DNA of 64,000 nt from Octopus sinensis (GCF_006345805.1 NC_043007.1:55118001-55182000), one strand, 5' to 3'; shown: positions 25,701 to 37,985, counted from the stretch's first letter. Numbers and translations are program-made. Notes: generated by a model not told the origin, from the sequence alone.

Positions 25701-26348
25701 CAATTCCATCCCCGTGCCTGACCAATTCTCCTTTGTCATTCTTTGGACTTGCAGAATTTGTATTTTATTCTCTATGCCGAATATCATTTAAAACTGACAC
25801 AATCGAGACCTCTACCACCGTCCCCAATTCGGTTCAGGTACGTGATGTTCATAACCGCCGAAATGTGTTTATAGATACAAATAAGATGATAATTATTTCC
25901 GAACGCAGAGAAGCCGTTAAAACAGCAGAAACATTGGGTAAACCACCCTTACAAAGCGAAAAAATTTATCATCAAGCAGCCATGTTGACAAATTTTTCCG
26001 CTTTGTAAGGGTAAATGTTTCTGCTGTTCTAACGGTGTCACTGAGTTCGAAAATAATTGTCATCGTATTTGTATGTATATACATATTTCAGCACGAACAT
26101 GAACATTTAGGTTTAAAAGCGTCTAAAAAGCGGATTAATTTGTCAGCGGGTAGTTTAGCTGACAAATTGGCCGGAGTTTTCAAGAGATATGGATTCAGGG
26201 CCCATCGCTATTTGTTCCCGCTTTGTAAAGGTAATTTGTAAAGATAATTGCTGTTCTAACGGTGTCTCTGCGTTCGAAAATAGATTAACATCTTATTTGT
26301 CTCTCTCTCCCCCATCTCTCTCACTATATATATATATACACATACATA

Positions 26349-26870
26349 CAAGAATTAGGGAAAGGAGTAGGACAAATCCAGGATACATATGTTTCATAGC
26401 GAGTGGAACCTCAGAAGTGGTAAAATCCAAGCGATCTATATGCCTCCGGCTACTCTTCAGGCGAAAGATATCTTGATTAGATTAAAATCTACATTTTCGC
26501 AAGAAGGTACATGTTGACGTAAAGAGGATTCAATCAAAATGTGTGGAAGGCACAGTATGTATTGGATATAACATGTGCTTCTTTGAAATTACATGTACCT
26601 CCTTGCGATAATGTAGCCGTCAATCTAATCAAGACTTGAAGAATAGCAGGCGGTATATATCTCGCTTGGATTTTACCACTTCTGAGGTTCCACTCGCTAT
26701 GAAACATATGTGGTTTGGATTTTTCCTACTCCATTCCGTAACTCTTGTATTCTTTTTCGCACACTCGGCAACCCTGGTCGCCTACCGTGAAATATGATAA
26801 CTTTTTTTCCTGCTCATCGTTCTTTGTTAAAGAAAAATAATCCGCAACCTTCCGTCTCAATGAATCATTA
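26349..26870. repeat. Inverted pair of the hammerhead-bearing ~310-bp unit
   Basis: 26349-26515 is the reverse complement of ~26590-26747. The right copy continues in homology to 11400-11510. Confidence 0.8.
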
Positions 26871-26955
26871 TTGTTCATGAAAGTTGTTTTTTATATTCAC
26901 TACGGATTGCTCGAACCTAACTTTCTTCCTACATCTCGATCCCTGGATCTTACAT

Positions 26956-26998
<43 letters not shown>

Positions 26999-27486
26999 AT
27001 TAGAATTAATTGATGAATGGAGCATGTCTGGTTAGTATATAAAAAATACAACTGATCTGTTCACACACTCTCTTGCTGAAATTCTAGCATGAGATACTAA
27101 TTCTGGAATCTAGAGAAACTCTTACTACCTTGTGATGTCTTACCTTTAAAAATGAAATAACCAATTTGAAATTGTATTATATTCGTTCGCCCAGTTATGG
27201 GTATGCAACAATGGAGATTGTTATATAATATGTATTATATAAGGATGCAGCTAAACGGTTATATCACTGTTCTCCGCGCACACGTTATTGAAACGATTGT
27301 AAACCATGTAATAATGTAATGCCAGCACCTTCATTCTTTATATTTATATATATATATGTGTGTGTGTCTATCTGTGTGTGTGTGTGCGTGTATGTGTGTG
27401 TGTATGTAGTTATCTTACTCCCTTTATATATGCACATATATATGTACACAAACACGCACACACACATATACATATGTATATGTATT

Positions 27487-27614
<128 letters not shown>

Positions 27615-28379
27615 AGTAAGGAAAAATTTTTTTAAAAAAGCAGAATGCTCAAATGAAAGAAAATTTTAATAAAATGAGAAAATGATAAAATATATAAATA
27701 TATATTTATTCAACCGGTTTTCGTCATTGTATGACTTGTCAAGAATATTTATGTTTTAAGAAGTTATTTTAAAAATTAGAAATGGGAAAAAAAGAAAATT
27801 GCATTGTTTTTTGTAAAAGAATAATGATAAAAATGTACAAAAATTAAAAAATAAGTTCTCCGATACATTGTGAGTTCGTTGTGTATCTTGAGTTTTATGG
27901 TTGTTTACCAAAAAATTACCTTGAGGTGTTAAGATCCAAAGGGATTAAGAGCATGTGATGTGTTGTGTTGTTAAATTCAGCATGATGCAGGACAGGAAGT
28001 AGTAGTAATTGTGGTCCTGGTTCTTCAGTTCCTGTGTTGTGGGTAAGGGGAGACAACTCTTTTGAGTTCTTCAATAAAACCCAAATTATAAAACTATCAT
28101 TTTAGCTTCATTTGCATTATCTTTTTTATATAATTGCTTGTTAACTTAACTTTCAGATTTTAACACTTTATTTATATTATTTTCTAATAATATAAATCTG
28201 CATAGACAATTGCATTTCAAATTGTCATATCATTTATAATAAAAATGATAGTAATAACAACAATAGTAAAAATGATATTTAAAGAATATAAGTTTTAGCT
28301 TGAAGTGATGAATGCATGGTATCTTTATATATTTGTGTTAGTCCATCCATGAAGAGTGAGGTAGAGAAAGGAAGTTTGA

Positions 28380-30728
28380 TCAACGAGGAGTTTGCATATT
28401 AAGTTGTGTTTGGAATTTTTCAATAAAGAGATTCTCCTTGTTAATTCTCTCCTGTGTGGTGATCCCGTCTTTACATTGGTAGAAGGGGAATATATAGATT
28501 TTGGGGTTTAAGTCTTTAGCACATGAGTCTAAGTGGTCACTCAGTGGAATTTGTCGGTATTCCGGGAGATTTATTTGTTCTTTATGCACCGTTACTCGTT
28601 TACGTAACGGGAGACTCGTTTGTCCAACATAATTATGTTGGCAACCAGCGCATGTGAGAACGTAGATAAGGTTCTCGGAGGAACAGGAGAAGTTAGTCTT
28701 GATTTTAAACTTCGTACCTTGTTTGAAGGTAAATTCAGAGCCTTCAAGTAGAAAGGGGCAGGTACCACAGTTTGAGCGTGCACATTTTTTTACTGTTGGG
28801 GGTGGATGTGGTGTGTGAAGTTTGGCATTTGTCAAGAGTTTTTTTAAAGATTTGTGTTGCCTTTTGCATTTGAGGATTTTGTGTGTATTTATAATGTTTT
28901 TCATTTTTGGGTCTGTTGACAGTAGACTGAGGTTTTGTATGATTGTGGTGTATGCTTCGATATTTTTGGGGTTGTGGGTGGAAATGTATGGAAGTATTTT
29001 GAGGTTGTGTGTGGTGTTAGGTTGGGTGGTTTTCAGTGTAGTGTTGTCTAGTTCTTTGGCGCGTTTTATTCCATACTCTATAAGGGTGGAGGGATATTGA
29101 CGTTGTAATAGTGTTTTTTTGAGGTCTTGAAGGCGTATTTCTCGTGTTTTTGGATCCGAGACAATGGTGCATACCCTTTTAGCTAAATTGAAAGGGATAT
29201 TTGTCTTGGTGTGTTTTGGGTGGCATGAACTAAAGAGGAGGTATTGTTGTGAGTCTGTAGATTTGTGGTAGATGTCTGTTATGATTTGGTTCTTAGGTGT
29301 TTTTATAATTAGGAGATCAAGGAATGGGAGATGATGTTTGCTTAATTCCATAGTGAATTGGATGTTGGGATGTATGTTGTTTAGTATGGTTTTGAATTCC
29401 AGGAGTTTTTCATAAGGTTCTTTCCATATGATGAAACAATCATCTAAATACCTTTTCCAGTTTTCCATTAGGTAGGTGTGGAAAACATGTCCAAATTTCT
29501 GGCTTGATATTTCATAGAGTGACAGTTCGAAGTAACCCATTATGAGGTTCGCAAGGACTGGTGCAGCCTTGGTACCCATCGCAATGCCACATTTTTGACG
29601 GTAGTGTGTGTCGTCGAAGAGAAAAAAATTGTTTGTCAGAATGAACTTAAGAGATTCTGTAATAAAAGACTTGTTAATGCGGTCAGGGAATGTCTCTGGG
29701 TGTTTTTCTAGCCAGAAGTCAATTGCCTCTATACCATACTCGTGTGGAATGTTGGTGTAGAGGTTGATGACATCAAAGGATACCAGGAGTGCCTCCTCGT
29801 TAACTGTTTTCGGGAGGTGTTTGAGCATGTCCAGATCATCCCTAATGAAACTTTTGATGTGGGTAAGGAAAGGTTTCAAAAGGATGTCTAGGAAGTTACT
29901 CAGGCGGTGTGTTTCACAGGAGGTACCAGCCACGATGGGCCTTAGTTTTAGGTCCTCCGGTGCTTTGATGTTGATGTGGATGTCAGTGGAGAGTTTGCAG
30001 GCTTCGGTGATGTATTTGTTTTTATGGATTTTAGGAAGGCCATAAAAAAGGCTGGGCTTGCATTTGAAAATGGTGATATAATCCCTTTCTTTTTCTGTGA
30101 GTCCCTGACCGTGTTGGCGTATGAGTGTGGTGAGGTTTCTGATTGTTTTTTGCTGTTTGTAGTTGTTAATAACCTCATAGAAAATGTTATTGTTAAGCAT
30201 GGAGAACACTAGGTGTTTATAAAATTCCGTGTCCATAAGGACCACAGCACTCCCTTTGTCCGCTTCTTTGATGGTGAGGTTTTTATCCAGTTGTATGTCA
30301 CGTAGGTTTTCCCATTCTTCCTTACTGAAATTGGATTTTACCTTGGTTTTGCTTGGGGTAAAGGGGAGACTCTGGATGTGTTTACAGAAATCGTCCAGTG
30401 TTTTATTTCTCCCTTTTGGTGGTAGGAAGTTGCTTTTATTTCTGATCAATGAATCGTCCCCATTGTTGATATCTGTCAAAGCTTCTGTTAGGCGAAGTTT
30501 TCTGCAGAATTCAGAAACGTCATCCTTGACCTCCGGGGGGTTGGGTGTTCTTGGGGTGGGTGTGAATTTCAAACCTCTTGCTAGGATGTTGATTTGGGTT
30601 GGTGTCAGTGTTTTGCTGGAGAGATTTATAATTTTTGTTTTCTTATTTTGGGTCTGTGTTAGCGGTGGTGTTTGTATTTTTCCCCTCTGTCTAAAAAATG
30701 GTTGTTGAGGTAAGGGGTGTATTCTTTG
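28380..30728 (-). CDS. PLE reverse transcriptase + GIY-YIG endonuclease, uninterrupted frame
   Basis: IINLSSKTLT..LARGLKFTPTP, FYGLPKIHK, LRPIVAG, SFDVINLYTNI, GIAMGTKAAP, RYLDDCF, CARSNCGTC and LIYVLTC..YVGQT. The frame opens after the stop at 30729-30731; the ORF-track start at 30572 is a TTG. Confidence 0.92.
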   Translation of the reverse strand, partial: QRIHPLPQQPFFRQRGKIQTPPLTQTQNKKTKIINLSSKTLTPTQINILARGLKFTPTPRTPNPPEVKDDVSEFCRKLRLTEALTDINNGDDSLIRNKSNFLPPKGRNKTLDDFCKHIQSLPFTPSKTKVKSNFSKEEWENLRDIQLDKNLTIKEADKGSAVVLMDTEFYKHLVFSMLNNNIFYEVINNYKQQKTIRNLTTLIRQHGQGLTEKERDYITIFKCKPSLFYGLPKIHKNKYITEACKLSTDIHINIKAPEDLKLRPIVAGTSCETHRLSNFLDILLKPFLTHIKSFIRDDLDMLKHLPKTVNEEALLVSFDVINLYTNIPHEYGIEAIDFWLEKHPETFPDRINKSFITESLKFILTNNFFLFDDTHYRQKCGIAMGTKAAPVLANLIMGYFELSLYEISSQKFGHVFHTYLMENWKRYLDDCFIIWKEPYEKLLEFKTILNNIHPNIQFTMELSKHHLPFLDLLIIKTPKNQIITDIYHKSTDSQQYLLFSSCHPKHTKTNIPFNLAKRVCTIVSDPKTREIRLQDLKKTLLQRQYPSTLIEYGIKRAKELDNTTLKTTQPNTTHNLKILPYISTHNPKNIEAYTTIIQNLSLLSTDPKMKNIINTHKILKCKRQHKSLKKLLTNAKLHTPHPPPTVKKCARSNCGTCPFLLEGSEFTFKQGTKFKIKTNFSCSSENLIYVLTCAGCQHNYVGQTSLPLRKRVTVHKEQINLPEYRQIPLSDHLDSCAKDLNPKIYIFPFYQCKDGITTQERINKENLFIEKFQTQLNMQTPR

Positions 30729-32151
30729 TTAAAGTTCTGGTTGTATGTGTAGGAGTGTTTTGGGGTGGGGAGGTTGGAGGGGGGTAGGTAGTTGTCGTAT
30801 TTGTGTTGGTATGGGATGCGATGGTGTAAGGATTTGTGAGAAATGCGATGGGTTTGTGGGTGTGTGACTGGTAGATTGTATGGGGGGATGTAGGGGGGTA
30901 TGTAGTTGTGGTGATTGGGTTCGTGTGGGATGTGAGGGTTTGGAGATCTGTAGGAGATGTGGTAGGAATGTGGTTGTTGGATGGGTGGACTATAGGGGGT
31001 TCGTTGGGTGGGTCTTATATGTATCGGTGTGGGTAGGATGCCTTGTTTGTTATTAGTGTGAGGGAGGGGAGCCTTGAGGGGGGGATAATTTCTAGTGTAT
31101 GGGAGGTTCTTGAAGGTTCTAATCGGTGGGGGAGGGGTGTTAGAGTGATTGGAAAACCAGGTTTTGTGGTGGGTCTTGTTTGAGATGTTTCGGGGGGGAA
31201 AAGGTTTTTTATATGGTTGGGGGAGGTTGTGTCCTGTTAGGAGGGGGTTTGGAGAGTATGTGTATTTGAGGTGCGGTTTGGAATGGTGTTTATGGGGTAC
31301 AGTGGAAGTCTGTGTTGTGGGTACTTTTATGAATGGGTTTTGGATTTATGGTTTAATATGAATTGTGTTTCATAGTTGAGGAAGAAATCTTTGTTGTTTT
31401 CCCAGCGTTTGAGGGAGGTTCGTTCTTCCTTTTCACATTCATCTTTCCATAGTTTAATAACAAGTTCGAGGGGCTGTTCGTTGGTGTGTGAGGTTAGTTC
31501 TAGAAGTATCTCATCGTCTATTTTTGTGTATTTTTGTTCGTGGTTTTGTGCTCTGAGTTTTAGAAGTTCTACTTCGGTTTTCATTTTTTCCAATGTTAGT
31601 TTTTCTCTTAGGGAGCGTTGTTTTTCAGGTTCGTCTGGGATGTGTTTGATTTGGAATTTTCGGGGTAGTATGATAGGGGAGGAGTTTAACCATTTGTCGT
31701 AAATTTCAGCTTTGTTTTGGTTTTTGAGCATGTTCCAGAAGAGAAGTTTTCTGTTGTGTAGTTTCTTAGTCCAAGTAGTGATGATCTGGTTTTTAATGCG
31801 TTGTGCTGGGGTTGAAATGTGTTCCTTCTGTGTGTTGAGTGGTGTCTGAGGTCACTTCGGCGTTGAATTGGTAAGTAGAGTTTTCAGTGTAGTGTTGATT
31901 TCATTTAGGTTTACATCTATCTTATCCGAAAGTAGAGTTTTCAGTGTAGTGTTGATTTCGTTTAGGTTTACATCAATTTTATCCGAAAGTTGTTGATGAT
32001 GGTTGTTTTCTGAGTTGTCCCGGGATTGAAGGAGAAGTTCGTCAATTTTTTTGGAGAATGTAAGTAGATGTGTATTGAGTACTTTGAGTTCTTTTAGAAT
32101 GGTCTTATTGGTGACTGTCTCTGTAAGAGTGCTCTTGTTTTTCGGAGGCAT
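30659..32151 (-). pseudogene. PLE N-terminal ORF1 region, broken by an in-frame TGA (31852-31854) and a frame change near 31340
   Basis: MPPKNKST..NSTPK*PQTP..RKLLFWNMLKNQNKAEIYDKW..LPRKFQ, then a stop-free Pro/His-rich frame at 31345-30659. Confidence 0.7.
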
Positions 32152-33306
32152 TCTGAATCACACGTGTGGTAGAGGGTACAGATCAATAAATGGTGGGGTT
32201 GTGTTGACCGCACGTGGAGAAATGATAAGTAAGGAAAAATTTTTTTAAAAAAGCAGAATGCTCAAATGAAAGAAAATTTTAATAAAATGAGAAAATGATA
32301 AAATATATAAATATATATTTATTCAACCGGTTTTCGTCATTGTATGACTTGTCAAGAATATTTATGTTTTAAGAAGTTATTTTAAAAATTAGAAATGGGA
32401 AAAAAAGAAAATTGCATTGTTTTTTGTAAAAGAATAATGATAAAAATGTACAAAAATTAAAAAATAAGTTCTCCGATACATTGTGAGTTCGTTGTGTATC
32501 TTGAGTTTTATGGTTGTTTACCAAAAAATTACCTTGAGGTGTTAAGATCCAAAGGGATTAAGAGCATGTGATGTGTTGTGTTGTTAAATTCAGCATGTTG
32601 CAGGACAGGAAGTAGTAGTAATTGTGGTCCTGGTTCTTCAGTTCCTGTGTTGTGGGTAAGGGGGGACAACTCTTTTGAGTTCTTCAATAAAACCCAAATT
32701 ATAAAACTATCATTTTAGCTTCATTTGCATTATCTTTTTTATATAATTGCTTGTTAACTTAACTTTCAGATTTTAACACTTTATTTATATTATTTTCTAA
32801 TAATATAAATCTGCATAGACAATTGCATTTCAAATTGTCATATCATTTATAATAAAAATGATAGTAATAACAACAATAGTAAAAATGATATTTAAAGAAT
32901 ATAAGTTTTAGCTTGAAGTGATGAATGCATGGTATCTTTATATATTTGTGTTAGTCCATCCATGAAGAGTGAGGTAGAGAAAGGAAGTTTGATCAACGAG
33001 GAGTTTGCATATTAAGTTGTGTTTGGAATTTTTCAATAAAGAGATTCTCCTTGTTAATTCTCTCCTGTGTGGTGATCCCGTCTTTACATTGGTAGAAGGG
33101 GAATATATAGAATTTGGGGTTTAAGTCTTTAGCACATGAGTCTAAGTGGTCACTCAGTGGAATTTGTCGGTATTCCGGGAGATTTATTTGTTCTTTATGC
33201 ACCGTTACTCGTTTACGTAACGGGAGACTCGTTTGTCCAACATAATTATGTTGGCAACCAGCGCATGTGAGAACGTAGATAAGGTTCTCGGAGGAACAGG
33301 AGAAGT

Positions 33307-33344
<38 letters not shown>

Positions 33345-33345
<1 letters not shown>

Positions 33346-33690
33346 ATGTAGGTATATATATATTACTATTAAAAAGCAGCAAAAACATCACAAAAAGTGT
33401 TACTCAGAGTTCCACGTTCCCCTTCGTCGGACAGTTTTGTTTATATTCACTACAGATTGCTCGAAACTAACTTTCTTCCTACACCTCGATCCATGTATCT
33501 TACATTTATATATATATATATATATATATATCAACAAAACCGTCCGACGAACGGGAACGTAGAGCTCTGAGTAACAGTTTTTGTGATATTTTTGCTGCAT
33601 TTTAATAAAGCATATTACTCTACCTCTGGTATTTGAGTACTATTTTTTTCCACCTTGTTTCGCATTTATGTGTTTACTCTGGTATATATA
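33345..33690. repeat. TA-embedded cassettes with a ~75-bp inverted repeat
   Basis: 33369-33446 is the reverse complement of 33527-33605. The tail 33600-33680 matches 11105-11175, and the middle matches 26890-26955. Confidence 0.75.
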
Positions 33691-35320
33691 TATATATATA
33701 TATATTTAAGCACACATTTCTCATCAACGTACCATTATTTGTTTATACTAATTTTACTTTAATTAACCTTGTATATTTACCTTCGCTATTTGATTTCTAA
33801 TTTCTTGCAAGTGTTCAGTTTGTCGTGTGATGCTGTTATTTCCGTGACTAACAACCAATGGCGATTTGTTTGACTTTTAGTTGAAAGTAAATCATTCTAT
33901 TTCAAATTTACTTACAGACGTCGTTTTAGTCAACAGATGACTGATTCTATTTTAATGAGACCATTTCGGGTAGTCTAGCCGTCGAATATAATATGCTAAT
34001 ATCATTGTTTAGAGAGGATAATAAAAGACCAAAATCTTTCAGTCAAGCAGAGACTGGAATCCATTGCAAATTGTCATTAGAAGATCGTTAACAGGGACTT
34101 TTAAAAAGAAGCCATAAACCATGAATGCTTCAAAAGAGATGGCTAAAGTTGTTCTTTTGTTATTTTAATTCTTTGTCTTTCTTTCTCTTTCTTTCATGTT
34201 CATCGTGGCCACGATCATGATCTTGGTCAGGTGATCTTGGTCATGATCTTGATCAGCATGATCATGATCATCATGGTAACCACCTCTACCAACGACGCCG
34301 CCGCGCACCGCCCATCCACCAGCACCACTTTGTTCTCATCGTCATCGTCTTCCTCTTTGTCGTCGCCGTCATCATCTTAATTATCATCATCTCTATTCCC
34401 AATTCTTTTATGTTTCTTATTTATGTAACCGTAGTTAAATGACTTTAATTTGTTTTCGATGTAAAAGCCCCAACTATTCCGTCGGTTCACACACCAAAAG
34501 CTCCAATAAACAACAACAAAAATCTGGTTGCCATTATATTAGAAAAGACAATTATTCAAAGCTTTCTTGAAAAGATATCACTAAACGACATAGTTATTCT
34601 GTATGTATATAATAAGTTTGTAATGATCTAGCGTGGGGGCATACTATTTCTGTTAATTTAACACCATAAATGTTTGAGCGTATACAAATTGAGTATGAGC
34701 AATCTGAATTAGTGTTGGTTCACTCAGATAATATTTGACTTAGTTCCAGGCCATATATTAGTAGTGTTGAAGAGGGCGATCGAAGTGACTCCAGTCCACG
34801 GTTGGAACTCATTTTAACGATGTTAGAGGATTTGAACTTTGAATATAAAACGATGAAACTAGACGTTATAGGATATTTATTCTGAATTCACCGTTTCTGT
34901 CATATCACTTCACCCTAGTTAATGGTAATAATTTTTATGGCTTCATGCAAGGTTCTGTCTTTTGTACGAGGGGAGTAAAATCAATCGAATATAGTAATCA
35001 ATTTATCTACTTCAGGAAGATGAAAATTTCTTTTGAAATAGTATTTTGTTTGCAACATTTGATTACTTACATGGTGTAAACGTCCACCGGAATATTTTAG
35101 GAAACACCTCGGAAAGCTGTAGTCCTTGTCATACACTTATCACCTTTTTTAACTTGAGAGTTATTTCTATCTCTGTTATAATTGTGATCTTTCACAATTA
35201 TTGCACTCTTCTTTTATGAAATATTTTTTGATTACTTGTTCTAGCCACTGATATATTCGTGGATAATTTTGAATTGTCTATAATATATACAGCGTGATGC
35301 ATTTTTACATTCATTCCTCT

Positions 35321-35376
<56 letters not shown>

Positions 35377-35550
35377 AGGACTTAGAAAGAAAATTTTCTA
35401 GCCTATATGCTGAGAAATAGACATTAAATCGTCTAGAAAATGGGGTAGAAAATTTTATGTTTAAGCCCTTACATATAATTTTTTCACCTTAATTGGTTTC
35501 ATTTTATATGCTCGTCACTGATAAAACTTTCTTAAAAAGGTTTTATCCTC

Positions 35551-35639
<89 letters not shown>

Positions 35640-37985
35640 AAATGTAATTTTGGTGGGGACTAGTGGGTATATATCAATTAGCGTGTTGAGTAAAAAACAT
35701 TCACGTTTTGGGCTGCCTAGTGTTATCCACTGTTGGTATATTTAAGATATATAAGAATGAGCTAACTAAAGGCGCAGTGACATCATAAACTTAGAATCGT
35801 CTTTCGTTCTTTCTTATTCTCTCGTACTTTTTCTCTCTCTCGTCTCAATGATTCTGCTAGTTCCACCTCTCGCTTTTTTCTTTCACCCTCATTCTCTCTC
35901 TCCCTGCATATTATCTCATTTCTCATCAATACCAAAGTCCCTACCACTGCCTCCGCCGCCACCACTACCGTAACTACTACCCGTTTATTTCTTTATTTGC
36001 ATTACACAAAAAGCAGGTTAACACATTGTTGTTCCTCTTAGTATTATGAAGGTTCGAGAAAACGAGCCATTTATTGATGATGTTAAAACTCAGCATATTG
36101 TATCTGGAGTTAGACAGTTACCCCCAATATATTGTTTAATCTTATTTAGTCATTGGCTGAATAGATTGTTAGCTAGATTGTCAGCTGAAGGCTCGCTGTT
36201 CAGACATTGTCATATATATCGGCGTAATTCTGTATCTAAAACTTCAAGGACATTGTACAAATATTATATAGCCCCCTCACCGGCGTCAGACGTGAGAGTA
36301 CAGTAATATAAGGAATATTTTGCGACTGTGATGAATTCAGTCTTTTCCGTTGTAACAATTCAGGTCCTGCCAGATTGACCATTCCTAGATACATCATATG
36401 AAATGAAGAAGAGCCACTTAGTGCATTTTAACGAACCGGTAATGATAAAACGTCACGTTGGAGAATTTTTGAATTAAGAGCTGTAAACTCCTCAGTAGCT
36501 AACGATTCACTCATAAACTACTTTTAATAAATCATTACTGTTTCGCCTTTAAGATGTTTAATAATCTTATAGGAATAAGCGAAATCATTGCCGTCTATGA
36601 TTCATTCATTGAACGTTGAACATCCAGCAACCGAAATGAAATGCAATGTTTTTAGCTGAGGGTCAAATTTAAGCTGCTAACTCGGGGTATTTTTTCAAAT
36701 ACTCTCTGTGCAGTGGAATGTAACAGCATGTTCCAGATCTGAGCCTGTTAAGGCAGATATATAGCAAAAGCAGAAAAAGATTAACTTGCATTACCAGAAT
36801 GGATACAATCACATGGATCAGTTTATTGCTATCCCCATCTCGGAACTGACTCAATTCGTGTTTTATTCTTTCGTTGGCAATTTCATTTGAAGGACCCTAC
36901 AGTTAATTCGTAGAGCAATATCTAAGTTACCGGTCCGATTTCTACTTCAAGTGGAAGTCATTTTTTTCCACTGACATCATTAATATTCATATGAAAAGTT
37001 CCACTTTCCAATTTCTACTTCTATTTTAAATATAAATCCCGCAGCATTTCAAAAGATTCTGGCATTGTGCTCCTGTATAGATAATATTTTCGAAATATAT
37101 CAACGATTAGAAATTGCAAGATTATAAAGTATTTTGCTTTGATAAATTTATTTGTGCACAATTTGTGACGTAAATGTTAATACTAAATGCAATGATATAT
37201 GTTAAAACAAATGCATGCTTTTATAAATTAGAAGTTATTGATGTGAAGAAAATAATAAAGCTGTTTAGATTGCCACTATGAATGTTCAATATTTCAAAAA
37301 GCATGTAACTGTGAAGCAGATAGATTCGATGCTTTATGCTGTTTAGTTCTTAGAAGAAATAATTTTTGTTTGTTGACAGATATACTTTGTGCTGGTAGGT
37401 TTATATAACTAGTGATTTTAAAAAAATGTTTGCTTTTGAACATATAATAAAAGAAATGAAAAAGAAAACGTTCTTAGGTAATTTAAAGTAAACAGTTCAG
37501 AGTCTCTTGGGACCCACTGAATTTGACTTCAACATTCCTTCTTTGATGTCAATATAAACGCCAAAATGATATCCATTTTTGTATATTTTAATCTATCATT
37601 TAGTGACTAGAAAATTGCCATTTTACCACAGATTCAGTTGGAAAACTAAGCCAAACCCCATGAATCAATAAGAATAAAGTAAAACTTATTCTCTGAATTG
37701 GGATTGAGTTTTATAGCGACAAAACTAACAGAAGGGTACTTTTTTTGGAGAACAATAGCATTTAAAGACTTGAGAAGTATTTCACTAGAAATTCAACCTT
37801 AATTTTATAATTAACGCATGGGTTTGTCTGCTTAGTGATGTCCTCTAATTTTTCCGTGGCATTTTCCAGATTAAAATCAGAATATAAATAGACATCCTAA
37901 TATGCGAATGAAAGAATAATCTCGCACATTAATATTAAAATGTTAATTGCTCTCAATTACATACATACATATTTGTGTCTGTGTA

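Noticed and set aside
34200-34390. His/Asp-like trinucleotide-rich stretch (also 47820-48000, 49060-49140)
   Set aside because: Degenerate (CAT)/(GAT)/(GAC) repeats without a supported frame.
36050-37010. Minus-strand fragments faintly resembling cadherin repeats (SGN..F, LLDV)
   Set aside because: Many stops and no intact DRE/DxNDN motifs; would need a translated HMM search.
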